From NCBI GenBank assembly GCA_018649885.1, contig JABIHA010000112.1, positions 1 through 64,000 on the forward strand: 64,000 bases of DNA, in the 5' to 3' direction. Made by a program: the position numbers and the translations under genes. The notes below the pieces were generated by a model. The model made no database searches. It was given only the letters and a program-made list of their open reading frames with translations, and was not told the origin of the DNA. The stretch is from Bacteriovoracaceae bacterium. GTDB lineage: Bacteria; Bdellovibrionota; Bacteriovoracia; Bacteriovoracales; Bacteriovoracaceae. This document shows positions 30,307 to 40,827 of this stretch, one piece after another; position 1 is the stretch's first letter; every line of letters starts with the position of its first letter.

Positions 30307-32838
30307 TTGGTGAAGACGTTTCTTCTAATGTTTTTCTCTATTATTCAAGTGAGTGCTTTTGCAGGTCAGCTTGGTTTAAGTGGAATGGTTTATGGTGTTA
30401 AAAAGGTTTCTTTAGAACAAAACCTGGATGTAAAAGGTTACCACCTTGTTTTAAACAAAAAATTATTGAATAAGCCATTTTTGATGACAGCATCAATTGT
30501 GGAAGGACCCCCTGTAGCTCTTGGCGATAGTCTTCACCCTAAAGTCGTTTATTTTAAAAGACAGGGAGATAGACTGTTTTTATTTGAAAATACATCGGGG
30601 ATAATTATATCTGATTCTATTCCGGCTCAAAAATTAGTGATGGATTTTTCTATTGTTGAAGAAGCCTCCGAAGAGCTAGTTTTTGATTTTAGAATGGGAA
30701 TGGATAAGCTTATTTTTCTTGAAGGATTTTATTCTGATGGAAAAGGTGAAGACAGACCTTCTGAAGGTAGCTTTAAAATAGAATCGAGTTATTTAAATAG
30801 AGTTGAAGTCAGAAAAGAAATTCTCTTCATTGATCAAGCAGCTCTTGTTAAAAGACGTGACTCAAAAGGCAAATTTTCTGATGATGCTATTCAAATTAAA
30901 TATACTTTAAGAGAATATACTAAGAGAGTAGATTTTCCTTCGAAAGAATCTTTGAGAGTTAAAAAAGTGGGATTTTTTGAAGTGGCTCCAACTTTTCAGT
31001 TGGGTTCAGGAAGATCAAATATTAAAGTCATGAAATTTGATATTTCAAAACCAGTGACTTACCACATTTCAAGTAATATTCCGAAAGAATTTGTTGGAGC
31101 TGTGAGATTAGGCATTTTGTACTGGAATAAAGCATTTGGAAAAGAAGTTCTAAAGGTTGAAACGCTTCCCGCTGGAGTAACAGTTCACGACCCAGGATAT
31201 AATATTGTTCAGTGGGTTGATTATGATTCTGCTGGATTTGCTTACGCAGATATGCAAGCTGATCCGTTTACTGGTGAAATTATGCAGTCTCATGTTTATA
31301 TGACGAGTGTATTTGCAGTTGGTGGATTAAAAAGAGCAAAAGATCTTCTTATTAAACTTGCTACTACTTCAAACGTTTCTGATGAGAGTAAAAAGAAAAG
31401 TTTTTCTTTAAAAGGTTTTAGAAAAGAGCAAAAATGTAATCATCATGCTCGCACCTCTAATTTCTCTTCTCTTGTAGAAACGATGTTAAAGCAAGATCTC
31501 TCTGAGGACGCGATTTTAAGATTTGCTCAAGATTATGTAATTAGTGTCGTTGCCCATGAAGTAGGTCATACGCTAGGTCTTAGACATAACTTTGCAGGAA
31601 ATACTTATTCGAATTTAGGCTCTAAAAAATTCGATGAGTTGATGGAAGATTATATGAAAACAGGAAAGATGGACGAGAAGTTCTACGTTTCATCTTCTGT
31701 TATGGACTACATGGTAACAGCTGATGAGGTTCTTCAAGGAGCTTCAATTCGTATGGGTCATCCAGCATTTGCTTATGATAAAGCAGCAATCGATTGGGGA
31801 TATACAGATAAAAAAGTGACTGATCTCAATGTTCCTGACTTTTGTTCTGATAGAGAAAAAGGAACTCGTACTGACTGTGTAACTTGGGATAGACTGGGCG
31901 ATGTCTTTGATACTGCTCACCACGATTTTCTTGAAAGTTTAAGTGGCATTCCCTACAGGTTGGCCTTTACATTTTTAAGAGCAAAAGCTCCATGGGATAT
32001 GAGAGATAAAAAAGAGTTAAGAGATGTGAAGCTTTCACCTAAGTCACACGCCGCTAGAATTGGTGGCGCCTACTCTAATCTTCTTTCTAAATTCTCAGCA
32101 AATGCAAAATATCTGCAAGTTGATAGTAAGTTTCCATACATAAGTGATTTTAATAGTGAAGAGATAAAGAAACTTTATGTTGAAATGCAAACTAAAGGTA
32201 TGAGTGATCTTGGCGGTGTTAAAAAAGTTATTTTCTCACAATTTGTAAGTGACTCAAATAAGCCACTACCTTTCTTTGCACCTCTATACGCAAAATATAG
32301 AGAGATTATTACTAGTGATGAATTTATTTCTGGAGTAGATAGCAAGGGACGAAAATACGCATTTACTGCAAAAGAGCTTCTCTTTATGGATGACCAAGGT
32401 AAGGCATATTTAAAAAAGCTTGAAGGTTTTCTACTTGAAAAACTAGCCTCGTCACTTGGTAGTGCAAAGGGAATACAAGGGGCGAATCCAGAGCTACTGG
32501 AAAATGAGCTTTACAGAGTAGCAGAAGCTATCATCTTAAAAGATTCAGACAGAGAAGTTAAAGGTTCAGTTAATTCTAAAGAAGTTAGTGTGAAAAAATC
32601 TCACTATAGCTTAAAGCTTAGAGTCCACGCAGTTAAGCTCTTAGGCAGAAATTTCTATAAGCCTTGGTCTGATTTCAATATGGACAATAGGGCCAAACTT
32701 CAAAAGAAAATTTCGTCAAGGCTAGAGCGTGCCACAGGCACAGGGGACAAGAAGGTAAAAGTTGGTAGCCTTCCAAGAACTCTTAGAAGATGGGCGACAG
32801 AAGAATCAAATTTAATTTTAAAGCTTAAAACATTATAA
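30307..32838 (+). CDS. Secreted zinc metalloprotease (metzincin, EcxA/DUF4953-like)
   Basis: Signal peptide; HEVGHTLGLRHNF; Met-turn SSVMDY; W..AF and DP.TGEI motifs. Confidence 0.9.
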   Translation: MVKTFLLMFFSIIQVSAFAGQLGLSGMVYGVKKVSLEQNLDVKGYHLVLNKKLLNKPFLMTASIVEGPPVALGDSLHPKVVYFKRQGDRLFLFENTSGIIISDSIPAQKLVMDFSIVEEASEELVFDFRMGMDKLIFLEGFYSDGKGEDRPSEGSFKIESSYLNRVEVRKEILFIDQAALVKRRDSKGKFSDDAIQIKYTLREYTKRVDFPSKESLRVKKVGFFEVAPTFQLGSGRSNIKVMKFDISKPVTYHISSNIPKEFVGAVRLGILYWNKAFGKEVLKVETLPAGVTVHDPGYNIVQWVDYDSAGFAYADMQADPFTGEIMQSHVYMTSVFAVGGLKRAKDLLIKLATTSNVSDESKKKSFSLKGFRKEQKCNHHARTSNFSSLVETMLKQDLSEDAILRFAQDYVISVVAHEVGHTLGLRHNFAGNTYSNLGSKKFDELMEDYMKTGKMDEKFYVSSSVMDYMVTADEVLQGASIRMGHPAFAYDKAAIDWGYTDKKVTDLNVPDFCSDREKGTRTDCVTWDRLGDVFDTAHHDFLESLSGIPYRLAFTFLRAKAPWDMRDKKELRDVKLSPKSHAARIGGAYSNLLSKFSANAKYLQVDSKFPYISDFNSEEIKKLYVEMQTKGMSDLGGVKKVIFSQFVSDSNKPLPFFAPLYAKYREIITSDEFISGVDSKGRKYAFTAKELLFMDDQGKAYLKKLEGFLLEKLASSLGSAKGIQGANPELLENELYRVAEAIILKDSDREVKGSVNSKEVSVKKSHYSLKLRVHAVKLLGRNFYKPWSDFNMDNRAKLQKKISSRLERATGTGDKKVKVGSLPRTLRRWATEESNLILKLKTL

Positions 32839-32845
32839 AGTAGAT

Positions 32846-32874
32846 TTGAGAGGGCCTTAGGCCCTCTCAATTTT
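32846..32874 (+). terminator. Intrinsic terminator
   Basis: Perfect 11-bp stem TTGAGAGGGCC-TTA-GGCCCTCTCAA followed by TTTT. Confidence 0.7.
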
Positions 32875-32879
32875 AAGAA

Positions 32880-34007
32880 ATGACTTCCAAGGTTAACTCT
32901 CTTTACATCCACTTTCCCGTTTGTCGTCACTTATGTAATTATTGTGATTTCTATAAAGTTAAAAGTGACCCAGATAAAATTGAACTGTCTGAATACCACC
33001 ATTATCTAGAAGAGTGCTTGGTAAAGCAGCAAGAGCTTTTTCAAAGCGTTGGTGCTGAGTTTGCTCCGCTTGAAACACTCTATATTGGAGGTGGAACTCC
33101 TTCACTGTGGGGAAAAAAAGGAAGTGAGTTTCTGGCGCGAACTCTTGAGCAATTTCAAATTCCAAAAGATCCAAATTGTGAATTTACACTAGAGCTTAAT
33201 CCGGGATCTTGGGATGAGGTGGGAGTAGAGTCTTGGAAGAGTATTGGTTGCAATCGTCTCTCCATAGGAATTCAGAGTTTTAATAGTGAGTTCTTGAAAG
33301 TCATCAACCGAGTTCACTCTCTTGAGGAGTCAAAATCAACCCTCGAATATTTCCACCAAAATGATTGGAATTTCTCTGTTGATATTATGTTGGGCCTTCC
33401 CTTTTCAAAATCTTTAAACCGAGATGTGATTAGTGAGATAAAGCAGATTATGATGTATGGACCAAAACATTTTAGCGTCTATATTTTAACTGTTGGCAGT
33501 GGCTATGAGCACTTTTCTGATTTACCAGAAGAGTCTTACACATGTGATGAATACGTGCGGGTTTCAAATTTTTTAAAAGATAGCGGTTTTAATCATTATG
33601 AAGTTTCGAATTTTTCCCTTCCTGGGTATGAGAGTTTACATAATAAAAAATATTGGGCAAGTGAGTCGGTGGGAGCTGTTGGTCCCTCTGCGACTGGGTT
33701 TGTTCGCAGTGAAAGTGATGGCAAGGCAGTGAGATACAAGTGGAAAGTATCTGAGCCTGCATATACTCCTGAGTATTTGGGGCCAAAAACTCTCAAGTTC
33801 GAAAGCTTATATTTGGGTTTGAGAACAGATATAGGGATTAGTCTTGAAGATTATTTTCCCCCGAATCTTCAAAAAGAGGTTCTGGAAAAGAGTAAATTCT
33901 GGGTGGAAAGTGATCTTGCATACCACAATAGTGGGCGGTTACGCCTCACTTCAGCAGGATATTTGGTTATGGATGAGATCGTGACGCGTCTTGCGACTTA
34001 TTTGTAG
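32880..34007 (+). CDS. hemW: Radical SAM heme chaperone HemW
   Basis: YIHFPVCRHLCNYCDF (CxxxCxxC), GGGTPS, HNKKYW (HNxxYW HemW signature); upstream of dnaK operon. Confidence 0.87.
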   Translation: MTSKVNSLYIHFPVCRHLCNYCDFYKVKSDPDKIELSEYHHYLEECLVKQQELFQSVGAEFAPLETLYIGGGTPSLWGKKGSEFLARTLEQFQIPKDPNCEFTLELNPGSWDEVGVESWKSIGCNRLSIGIQSFNSEFLKVINRVHSLEESKSTLEYFHQNDWNFSVDIMLGLPFSKSLNRDVISEIKQIMMYGPKHFSVYILTVGSGYEHFSDLPEESYTCDEYVRVSNFLKDSGFNHYEVSNFSLPGYESLHNKKYWASESVGAVGPSATGFVRSESDGKAVRYKWKVSEPAYTPEYLGPKTLKFESLYLGLRTDIGISLEDYFPPNLQKEVLEKSKFWVESDLAYHNSGRLRLTSAGYLVMDEIVTRLATYL

Positions 34008-34074
34008 CTTGTTTGTCTTATAAAAACAATAGGTTACGCCTAAAGAAAAGTTTCTTTTTTATTTTTATGACGCA

Positions 34075-34101
34075 TTGACATGAAGTTATTTAGCCCCATT
34101 T
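34075..34101 (+). promoter_or_regulatory. Sigma32 (RpoH)-type heat-shock promoter
   Basis: TTGACA-13 nt-CCCCATTT upstream of grpE. Confidence 0.7.
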
Positions 34102-34140
34102 TTGTTCTAAGAGCATAGTTTTATAACGCAGAGGGTTGTT

Positions 34141-34725
34141 ATGGTTGAGGAAAGTAGCGAAGAAACAAAGGCTACAAAGGAAGAAGTTGAAAACGAGGGT
34201 ACGGCTGGGATCGAAATAGATGATGGAAGTAATGGCGAAGAAGCAGCTGAAAATGTCGTGGAGCTAGATTCTGCAGAAAAGAAGGCTGAACCAGTTGAGG
34301 ATTTTAAAGAGAAGTTCTATTACTTGGCTGCGGAAATGGAAAATATGAAGAGACGTTTTGATAGAGAAAAACAAAACTTGCTCAAATATGGAACTGAAAA
34401 TTTATTAAAAGATTTGATTGAGGTTGTTGATAATTTTGAAAGAACAACTTCTGCTTTAAATGGCGATGAAGATGAAAAAATTAAAAATATTGCTGTTGGA
34501 GTTGATATGGTTCAAAAGCAGTTTTTAGGAACTCTTGAAAAGCACGGATTAAAGTTAGTCGAAACTATTGGAACAATTTTTGATCCAAATTTCCACGAAG
34601 CCGTCGCACAAGAGGCAGCTGCTGATAAGAAGGACCAAGAAATAGTGAAGGAATACCAAAGAGGCTATGTTTTAAATGGAAGACTTCTTAGGGCCTCAAA
34701 AGTAGTAATTGCACAAAACGTATAA
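34141..34725 (+). CDS. grpE: Nucleotide exchange factor GrpE
   Basis: AEMEN.KRR, FDPNFHEA, QRGY.LNGRLLR.S.V. Confidence 0.97.
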   Translation: MVEESSEETKATKEEVENEGTAGIEIDDGSNGEEAAENVVELDSAEKKAEPVEDFKEKFYYLAAEMENMKRRFDREKQNLLKYGTENLLKDLIEVVDNFERTTSALNGDEDEKIKNIAVGVDMVQKQFLGTLEKHGLKLVETIGTIFDPNFHEAVAQEAAADKKDQEIVKEYQRGYVLNGRLLRASKVVIAQNV

Positions 34726-34755
34726 AAATAATTTTTGATAAAAAAGGAGCAAAAA

Positions 34756-36690
34756 ATGGGTAAAATTATTGGAATTGACTTAGGGACAACGAATTCATGT
34801 GTCTCTGTAATGGAAGATGGTAAGTACAAGATTATTCAAAATGCTGAAGGACTTAATACAACTCCTTCAATAGTCGCTTACTCAAATAGTGGGGAAAAGC
34901 TTGTTGGCCAAGTTGCTAAAAGACAGGCGGTAACAAATCCAACTAAAACACTTTTTGGTATTAAGAGATTAATCGGAAGAAAAGCTACAGATGCAGAAGT
35001 TAAGAAGTTTAAAGAAGTGGCTCCTTTTGAGATCATTGCAAATAAAAATAATGATGCTTGGATAAAAGTGGACGGAAAAGAAATGTCCCCTCAAGAAATT
35101 TCAGCGTCTATTTTAGAAAAAATGAAATCTTCTGCAGAAGACTATCTAGGTCAGCCAGTAACTGAAGCCGTTATTACTGTTCCTGCTTATTTTGATGACG
35201 CAAAAAGACAAGCTACTAAAGATGCAGGTCGCATTGCTGGTCTTGATGTAAAAAGAATTATCAATGAGCCAACAGCTGCTGCTCTTGCATACGGGCTTGA
35301 TTCAAAAGCTGATAAAAATATCGCAGTATTTGATTTTGGTGGCGGTACCTTTGATATCTCAGTCCTTGAAATTACTTCTGATGGTGTTTTCGAAGTTAAG
35401 TCCACAAACGGCGATACTTTCTTAGGCGGTGAAGATTTTGATTATGTAATTATTAATTGGATGGCCGAGGAATTTCAAAAAGAAAACGGCGTTGATCTTA
35501 GAAAAGATACAATGGCACTTCAAAGGCTTAAAGAAGCGGCAGAGAAAGCTAAGCATGAGCTTTCAACAACAACTCAAACAGATATTAACCTGCCATTTAT
35601 AACTGCTGATCAGTCAGGTCCTAAACATTTAAATATTAATTTATCTAGAGGAAAATTTGAAGACTTGATCTCTGGATTGCTTGATAGATTATCTGGCCCA
35701 TGTAGAACAGCGATAGATGATTCAGGATTATCAACTACTGAAATTCACGAAGTCATTTTAGTCGGTGGATCAACCAGAATTCCAGCAGTTCAAGAAAAAG
35801 TGAAAGAAATCTTTGGCAAAGAGCCTTCTAAGGGAGTTAACCCAGATGAAGTTGTTGCAGCTGGTGCAGCTATTCAAGGTGGAGTTCTCGCAGGAGACGT
35901 AAAAGATGTACTTCTTTTAGACGTAACACCTCTTTCTCTTGGAATTGAAACTCTTGGTGGAGTATTTACAAAAATCATTGAGAAAAATACAACTATTCCA
36001 TCTAAAGGATCACAGTCATTTTCCACAGCTCAAGACAATCAGCCTGCTGTTGGAATTCACGTCCTTCAAGGAGAAAGAGAATTTGCTAAAGATAATAAAA
36101 CTCTCGGTAGATTTGAGTTGACCGGAATTGCTCCTGCTCCAAGAGGCATACCACAAATTGAAGTGACTTTTGATATTGATGCAAACGGTATTGTTCATGT
36201 GTCTGCTCAAGATAAAGCAACAGGAAAATCTCAGGATATCAGAATTACTAGTGGCTCAGGTCTAACAGATGAAGAAATTGATCAAATGGTAAAAGATGCT
36301 GAGGCTAACAGAGAAGGCGATCAACAAAAAAGAGAGATTGTGGATACAAGAAACAATCTTGATGGATTGATTTTAAGCTCTGAGAGAATGTTAAAAGAAA
36401 ATGGAGAAAAAATTCCAGATCCTACTAAGAAAGAAATAGAAGATGCCCTAGCAGAAGCAAAAACTAAGCTTGAAAGTGAGAACTTAGATGAGCTTAAAGC
36501 TGCCATGGAAAGAGTCCAAAATACTACTCATAAAGCTGCAGAAGCCCTTTACCAACAGCCAGGTGCTGAAGGTGGTGCTCCGGGAGCTGGACCTGAAGCC
36601 GCAGGTGCAGGACCAAGTGAATCATCTGCTGGAGAGCAATCTAAAAAAGATGATGACGATGTGGTAGATGTTGATTACAAAGAAGTTTAA
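34756..36690 (+). CDS. dnaK: Chaperone DnaK
   Basis: [37 protein letters not shown] 34756 with AAGGAG SD. Confidence 0.99.
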   Translation: MGKIIGIDLGTTNSCVSVMEDGKYKIIQNAEGLNTTPSIVAYSNSGEKLVGQVAKRQAVTNPTKTLFGIKRLIGRKATDAEVKKFKEVAPFEIIANKNNDAWIKVDGKEMSPQEISASILEKMKSSAEDYLGQPVTEAVITVPAYFDDAKRQATKDAGRIAGLDVKRIINEPTAAALAYGLDSKADKNIAVFDFGGGTFDISVLEITSDGVFEVKSTNGDTFLGGEDFDYVIINWMAEEFQKENGVDLRKDTMALQRLKEAAEKAKHELSTTTQTDINLPFITADQSGPKHLNINLSRGKFEDLISGLLDRLSGPCRTAIDDSGLSTTEIHEVILVGGSTRIPAVQEKVKEIFGKEPSKGVNPDEVVAAGAAIQGGVLAGDVKDVLLLDVTPLSLGIETLGGVFTKIIEKNTTIPSKGSQSFSTAQDNQPAVGIHVLQGEREFAKDNKTLGRFELTGIAPAPRGIPQIEVTFDIDANGIVHVSAQDKATGKSQDIRITSGSGLTDEEIDQMVKDAEANREGDQQKREIVDTRNNLDGLILSSERMLKENGEKIPDPTKKEIEDALAEAKTKLESENLDELKAAMERVQNTTHKAAEALYQQPGAEGGAPGAGPEAAGAGPSESSAGEQSKKDDDDVVDVDYKEV

Positions 36691-36711
36691 GCATTTGGAT
36701 AATTAAATTAT

Positions 36712-36748
36712 AGGGGTTCACTAATTTGTAGTGAATCCCTTTTCGTTT
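36712..36748 (+). terminator. Stem-loop/partial terminator between dnaK and dnaJ
   Basis: AGGGGTTCACTA-ATTTG-TAGTGAATCCCT followed by TTTCGTTT. Confidence 0.65.
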
Positions 36749-36762
36749 CTTAGGATTAGTAG

Positions 36763-37893
36763 ATGAGTGAGAAAAAAGACTTTTATGATGTGCTAGGTGT
36801 TGATAGGGGAGCTGATAAAGCTTCGATTAAGAAAACCTATAGAAAACTGGCCATGAAGTTTCACCCTGACCGTAATCCTGACGACAAAGATGCCGAGTCA
36901 AAACTTAAAGAAATTAATGAAGCAGCCTCTATACTTCTCGATGATGAAAAGAGAAAGCAATATGACCAATTCGGCCATGCTGGATTAAACGGCCAAGGTG
37001 GCTTTGGTGGATTTGGAGCTGGTGGATTTCAAGGTGGAGATTTTGGCGACATTTTCGGGGAAATCTTTGGTGATTTCTTCGGCGGTGGTGGCGACTCTAG
37101 AAGAAGGGGTGGCCGAGGAAGTAGGGCCTTTAATGGGGACGATCTTCAGACTAATTTAAGAGTGACTTTCGAGGAAGCTGCTTTTGGTGTTGAAAAAAGT
37201 GTGGCCTTATCTAGGCTTGTTAGTTGTGAGACTTGCAGCGGGAAAGGTGGCACGGGGCATAGCTCTTGTGAATACTGTAATGGATATGGAGAGGTAAGAA
37301 GACAACAAGGATTTTTCTCCATTTCTCAGACTTGTCCAAAGTGCCGTGGAGCTGGGCAGGTGATTAAAGATCCTTGCCGCAAATGTCACGGAGAAGGCCG
37401 AGCTAAGAAAAAGGTTGATTTGTCCATCAAGGTTCCAGCGGGCATTGATCATGGGCAAAGGCTAAAGTTAAGCGGAGAGGGCGATCGTGGGCTTCATGGG
37501 GGCTACCCAGGAGACTTGTATGTTTCAATACACCTCGAAGAGCACGAATTTTTTGAAAGAGAAGAATTTGATGTTCATTGCATCGTACCAATAAGCTTCT
37601 CTCAAGCTGCACTAGGCTCAGAGATTGAAGTACCAACTCTTACTGGCAAAGTTTCAGTTAAAGTACCTGCAGGAACACAGTCTGGTAAAAAAATGAGACT
37701 AAAGAATAAGGGTATTACTAGGCTTGGAGGATATGGCAGTGGAGATCAAATTATGAGTATCCACGTTGAGACACCAAGTCATCTCTCAGCTGAGCATAAA
37801 GAGATATTCAAAAGTCTTGCTGAGCTTGAGCAGAAGAACTGTAATCCAATGTCGAGAGGCTTCTTTGACAGAGTCAGAGAGATTTTTCAGTAA
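36763..37893 (+). CDS. dnaJ: Chaperone DnaJ
   Basis: J domain HPD, G/F-rich region, four CxxCxGxG repeats. Confidence 0.99.
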   Translation: MSEKKDFYDVLGVDRGADKASIKKTYRKLAMKFHPDRNPDDKDAESKLKEINEAASILLDDEKRKQYDQFGHAGLNGQGGFGGFGAGGFQGGDFGDIFGEIFGDFFGGGGDSRRRGGRGSRAFNGDDLQTNLRVTFEEAAFGVEKSVALSRLVSCETCSGKGGTGHSSCEYCNGYGEVRRQQGFFSISQTCPKCRGAGQVIKDPCRKCHGEGRAKKKVDLSIKVPAGIDHGQRLKLSGEGDRGLHGGYPGDLYVSIHLEEHEFFEREEFDVHCIVPISFSQAALGSEIEVPTLTGKVSVKVPAGTQSGKKMRLKNKGITRLGGYGSGDQIMSIHVETPSHLSAEHKEIFKSLAELEQKNCNPMSRGFFDRVREIFQ

Positions 37894-37974
37894 AATCGCC
37901 TTGCGAAAATTTACCAGCCGAGCTCTGCAGATGTGGAACTTGGCGAAGAAGCCTATCTCAGTTATTCTCTTACA

Positions 37975-40008
37975 ATGAAATTTTCCAAAAACTGGGGTAA
38001 TTTGAAGAAATTACCAGGCAGCCTCCTTATTTTCTCACTGTTACTCCTTTCAGGATGTGGGGGCATAAGCTTTATATCTTCAAAGGGTTCCGCCCATTAT
38101 GGAAAAGACTATTTAAAATCTATTTCACAGATTAAGTCCAAATATAGAGAGGGGCATTCAGAGATAGCACTGGGTGAGCTAAAAAGGCTCAAAGATAGTG
38201 AGCTTGGAAGTGCAGAAAAAGCCAGAAAATATAATCTCATAGGAGTCATATATTTCTCTGAAGATCAATTTGATCTCTCCATTGTAAATTTTGAAAAGGC
38301 ACTTAGCTTTGATCATGGAGATTTGGGACTTAAATCTCAAATCAATTTAAATCGAGCGAGTACCTATTATAAAATGGGATTTTTACCCAGGTCTTTTACT
38401 ACTCTTCTTTTAATTGATTACTCGAAGCTTAGAAGGGGTGAGGAAAAAGAATATCATCATCTTAGTTATGTATTAGCTGGAAAGATGGGTAGGGAAGATG
38501 TGGCGTTAAAGTCACTGATTCATTATCTGGGAAATATTAGTGATTTACTTGAGCTTAAAGAAGAAGATCTTTGGCCTAAGTTAAAGAGTCTTTTTGGTAG
38601 CCTTTCCTCTAATGAGAGAATGAGGCAATTAGGGGAATATGAGAGTTCGAATTTTTTGAATATTGCTTTTTTAGCATATCTTGAAATTGAGAAAAATCAT
38701 TATAGTGGAAAAAAAGATGAGGCCAAAAAGCTACTAGAATGGCTGAAAGAGCATTTCTCCTCTTTTGAAGAAATCAAGATTCTAGTGACAAATTTTGAAT
38801 TTAGAATCGAAAATTTTGCAAAATTAAATAATAAAGCAATCGGCGTAGTACTACCTTTTGATGAGAAAAAAGCAGGGTTTTCCAATAAGGCCCTCGAAGG
38901 TCTAAATTTGGCCTATAAAGAATTATACGGTTCAATGTCAGAAAGTGGTGAAGCACCTGTAATGTATGTGGAAAATTCACATGGTACCGGTGTGGGTGGT
39001 GCATACGGGGTTAAAAAGCTTATAGAAAATCATTTTGTCTCAATTGTTATTGGTGGATTATTTTCTGATGAGGCTTTGGAAGAGTATTTAGAGGCTAGAA
39101 AACACGGTGTCTTGTTTATTTCACTTTCACCCATTTACTTACCAAGAGAGCAAAAAGACCACTTACTCATTGAGATACCTGGTTCTGTGGAGTCACAGAT
39201 GAGCTCCTTATTTGAGCAAAAATTCTTGGATAAATTCGGCCGGAAAGTGGCAATCATATATCCAAATGACTCTAAGGGAATGGCCTATGTAAATGAATTT
39301 TGGAAGCAGGCCAAAACCAAAGATGTGGAGATAGTATCCCTTCAGTCCTTTGAAAAAAATGTAACCGATTATCGTGATCCAGTAGCGAAGCTTCTAGAAT
39401 TAAAATATAAAAGAGAAAGAAACGAAGAGCTTGAGCTTTGGACTGAAATTCATAAATTGCAGGGAAGAAAGAGTGTCAGACGTCTTCAAAATCTTCCCCC
39501 TCAGATAAATTTTGACTGGGTCTACTTACCCGCATTTCCTCACGAAGTACTTCAGATTATTCCAGCATTCAGTTATTTTGACGCTTTTAGATTAACCTAT
39601 GTAGGTGAGCCTAGCTGGAGAAGTAAGAGGCTTAGCCGGAAAACGAATCGTCTTGGAAAACTGTTTTTCATGAGCAACAACTTAAGTGAAAAGCACAAAA
39701 TTTTTGTCTCCCAATTTGAAAAAAGTTATGGGAAAAAACCAAAACTCATTGAGACTCTAGCTAATGAAGCGCTGGGAATTATTGGGCCCATTTTAATTGA
39801 GCAAGAATATAAAACGCGTGATGAACTGGACATGTTTATCAGATCGAAAAATCAATTGACTGGTATAACTGGAAGTTGGAGCTTTGAAGATGGTTTATGG
39901 GTAAAGAGCATGACTGCTTTTAAGGTGAGAAGGTCGAGTTTTGACCAAGTAACCTATGAAGAAATTTCGGAAACTCAGGTTGGTAGCAATCCCAGTAAAA
40001 CAAATTAA
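37975..40008 (+). CDS. LpoA-like lipoprotein (TPR plus periplasmic binding protein fold; putative PBP activator)
   Basis: Lipobox LLLSGC; TPR-like N-terminus; IGVVLP...IGGL type-1 binding-protein domain; G.TG near C-terminus. Confidence 0.72.
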   Translation: MKFSKNWGNLKKLPGSLLIFSLLLLSGCGGISFISSKGSAHYGKDYLKSISQIKSKYREGHSEIALGELKRLKDSELGSAEKARKYNLIGVIYFSEDQFDLSIVNFEKALSFDHGDLGLKSQINLNRASTYYKMGFLPRSFTTLLLIDYSKLRRGEEKEYHHLSYVLAGKMGREDVALKSLIHYLGNISDLLELKEEDLWPKLKSLFGSLSSNERMRQLGEYESSNFLNIAFLAYLEIEKNHYSGKKDEAKKLLEWLKEHFSSFEEIKILVTNFEFRIENFAKLNNKAIGVVLPFDEKKAGFSNKALEGLNLAYKELYGSMSESGEAPVMYVENSHGTGVGGAYGVKKLIENHFVSIVIGGLFSDEALEEYLEARKHGVLFISLSPIYLPREQKDHLLIEIPGSVESQMSSLFEQKFLDKFGRKVAIIYPNDSKGMAYVNEFWKQAKTKDVEIVSLQSFEKNVTDYRDPVAKLLELKYKRERNEELELWTEIHKLQGRKSVRRLQNLPPQINFDWVYLPAFPHEVLQIIPAFSYFDAFRLTYVGEPSWRSKRLSRKTNRLGKLFFMSNNLSEKHKIFVSQFEKSYGKKPKLIETLANEALGIIGPILIEQEYKTRDELDMFIRSKNQLTGITGSWSFEDGLWVKSMTAFKVRRSSFDQVTYEEISETQVGSNPSKTN

Positions 40009-40037
40009 GAGCTTACTCAAATTGCCATCAACAAGAT

Positions 40038-40057
40038 TTATACTGAGCCCAGTATAA
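40038..40057. terminator. Hairpin between convergent genes
   Basis: TTATACTG-AGCC-CAGTATAA, AT-rich 8-bp stem. Confidence 0.35.
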
Positions 40058-40067
40058 TTATATGAAA

Positions 40068-40172
40068 TTAGCTTTCTTTTTTTTCCATTAGTTTTTTAAT
40101 TCTAAGTTTTTTCTTTTCTTGGCTCTTTCTTCTCTTCATTTTAAAAACCTGACGTTTTCTACCTCTGCCCAC
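40068..40172 (-). CDS. Small highly basic protein, 34 aa (not in ORF track)
   Basis: GTG start with AAGGAG SD 6 nt upstream; MGRGRKRQVFKMKRRKSQEKKKLRIKKLMEKKES*. Confidence 0.7.
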   Translation of the reverse strand: MGRGRKRQVFKMKRRKSQEKKKLRIKKLMEKKES

Positions 40173-40206
40173 AACAAACTCCTTCACATGATTCAATGAG
40201 GCGGTC

Positions 40207-40235
40207 ATACTATGCAAATCGAGTGGAAATAGCAA
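40207..40235 (-). promoter_or_regulatory. Candidate sigma70 promoter of the small basic ORF
   Basis: Minus strand TTGCTA-17 nt-TAGTAT. Confidence 0.55.
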
Positions 40236-40257
40236 GAATTAGATTGGGCGCTGCGCG

Positions 40258-40821
40258 CTAGTTCGGGTATTTGAGAAAATAGACTTCTTTTAGGTTTCGA
40301 CCGTATTCATTGAGGTCAAGGCCATGTCCAACCAGGAATTCATCTTCAACTTTTTTGCCAATGAGGTCGGGGACTAGGTTTATGACGCGCTTGTATGGCT
40401 TATCAAATAAGGTGACGACCTCCATGCTCAATGGCTGATTAATGGCCAGTCTATCCATCAGAAATCTCACCGCACGGCCAGTATCAATAATTTCTTCCAC
40501 TATGAGTACGGCCTTATCTTTAACATTTAAAGTGATGTCGAAGTCTATAACGATAGTCCCATCACAACTTTCAGTTCTTCCAAGAGCTGAGAGCTTTAAA
40601 AAGTCTACATAGAGTTCGACGCCTTCAATTTTTCTGATTAGATCAGAGAGAAAGACGATACTGCCCTTAAGGATTCCCAGGACAATGAGTTCCTTACCTT
40701 TATATTTTTCACTGATGGTATGGGCGAGTGAATCAGTCAGGGAATCTATCTCACTACTTTTGATATAGGGCTCAAATTGGTTTTGGGTAAATCTGTCGGA
40801 AAATTTTTGATATTCATTCAT
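40258..40821 (-). CDS. hpt: Hypoxanthine phosphoribosyltransferase-like protein (divergent)
   Basis: ILKGS..F.SDL, PRPP loop VEEIIDTG, DKP, F.VGHGLD, RNL. Confidence 0.82.
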   Translation of the reverse strand: MNEYQKFSDRFTQNQFEPYIKSSEIDSLTDSLAHTISEKYKGKELIVLGILKGSIVFLSDLIRKIEGVELYVDFLKLSALGRTESCDGTIVIDFDITLNVKDKAVLIVEEIIDTGRAVRFLMDRLAINQPLSMEVVTLFDKPYKRVINLVPDLIGKKVEDEFLVGHGLDLNEYGRNLKEVYFLKYPN

Positions 40822-40827
40822 TGGGAA

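Noticed and set aside
32880..34007. HemN coproporphyrinogen dehydrogenase
   Set aside because: Lacks the HemN N-terminal extension and has the HNxxYW motif, so it is called HemW
34008..34140. CIRCE element
   Set aside because: No TTAGCACTC-N9-GAGTGCTAA-like inverted repeat found
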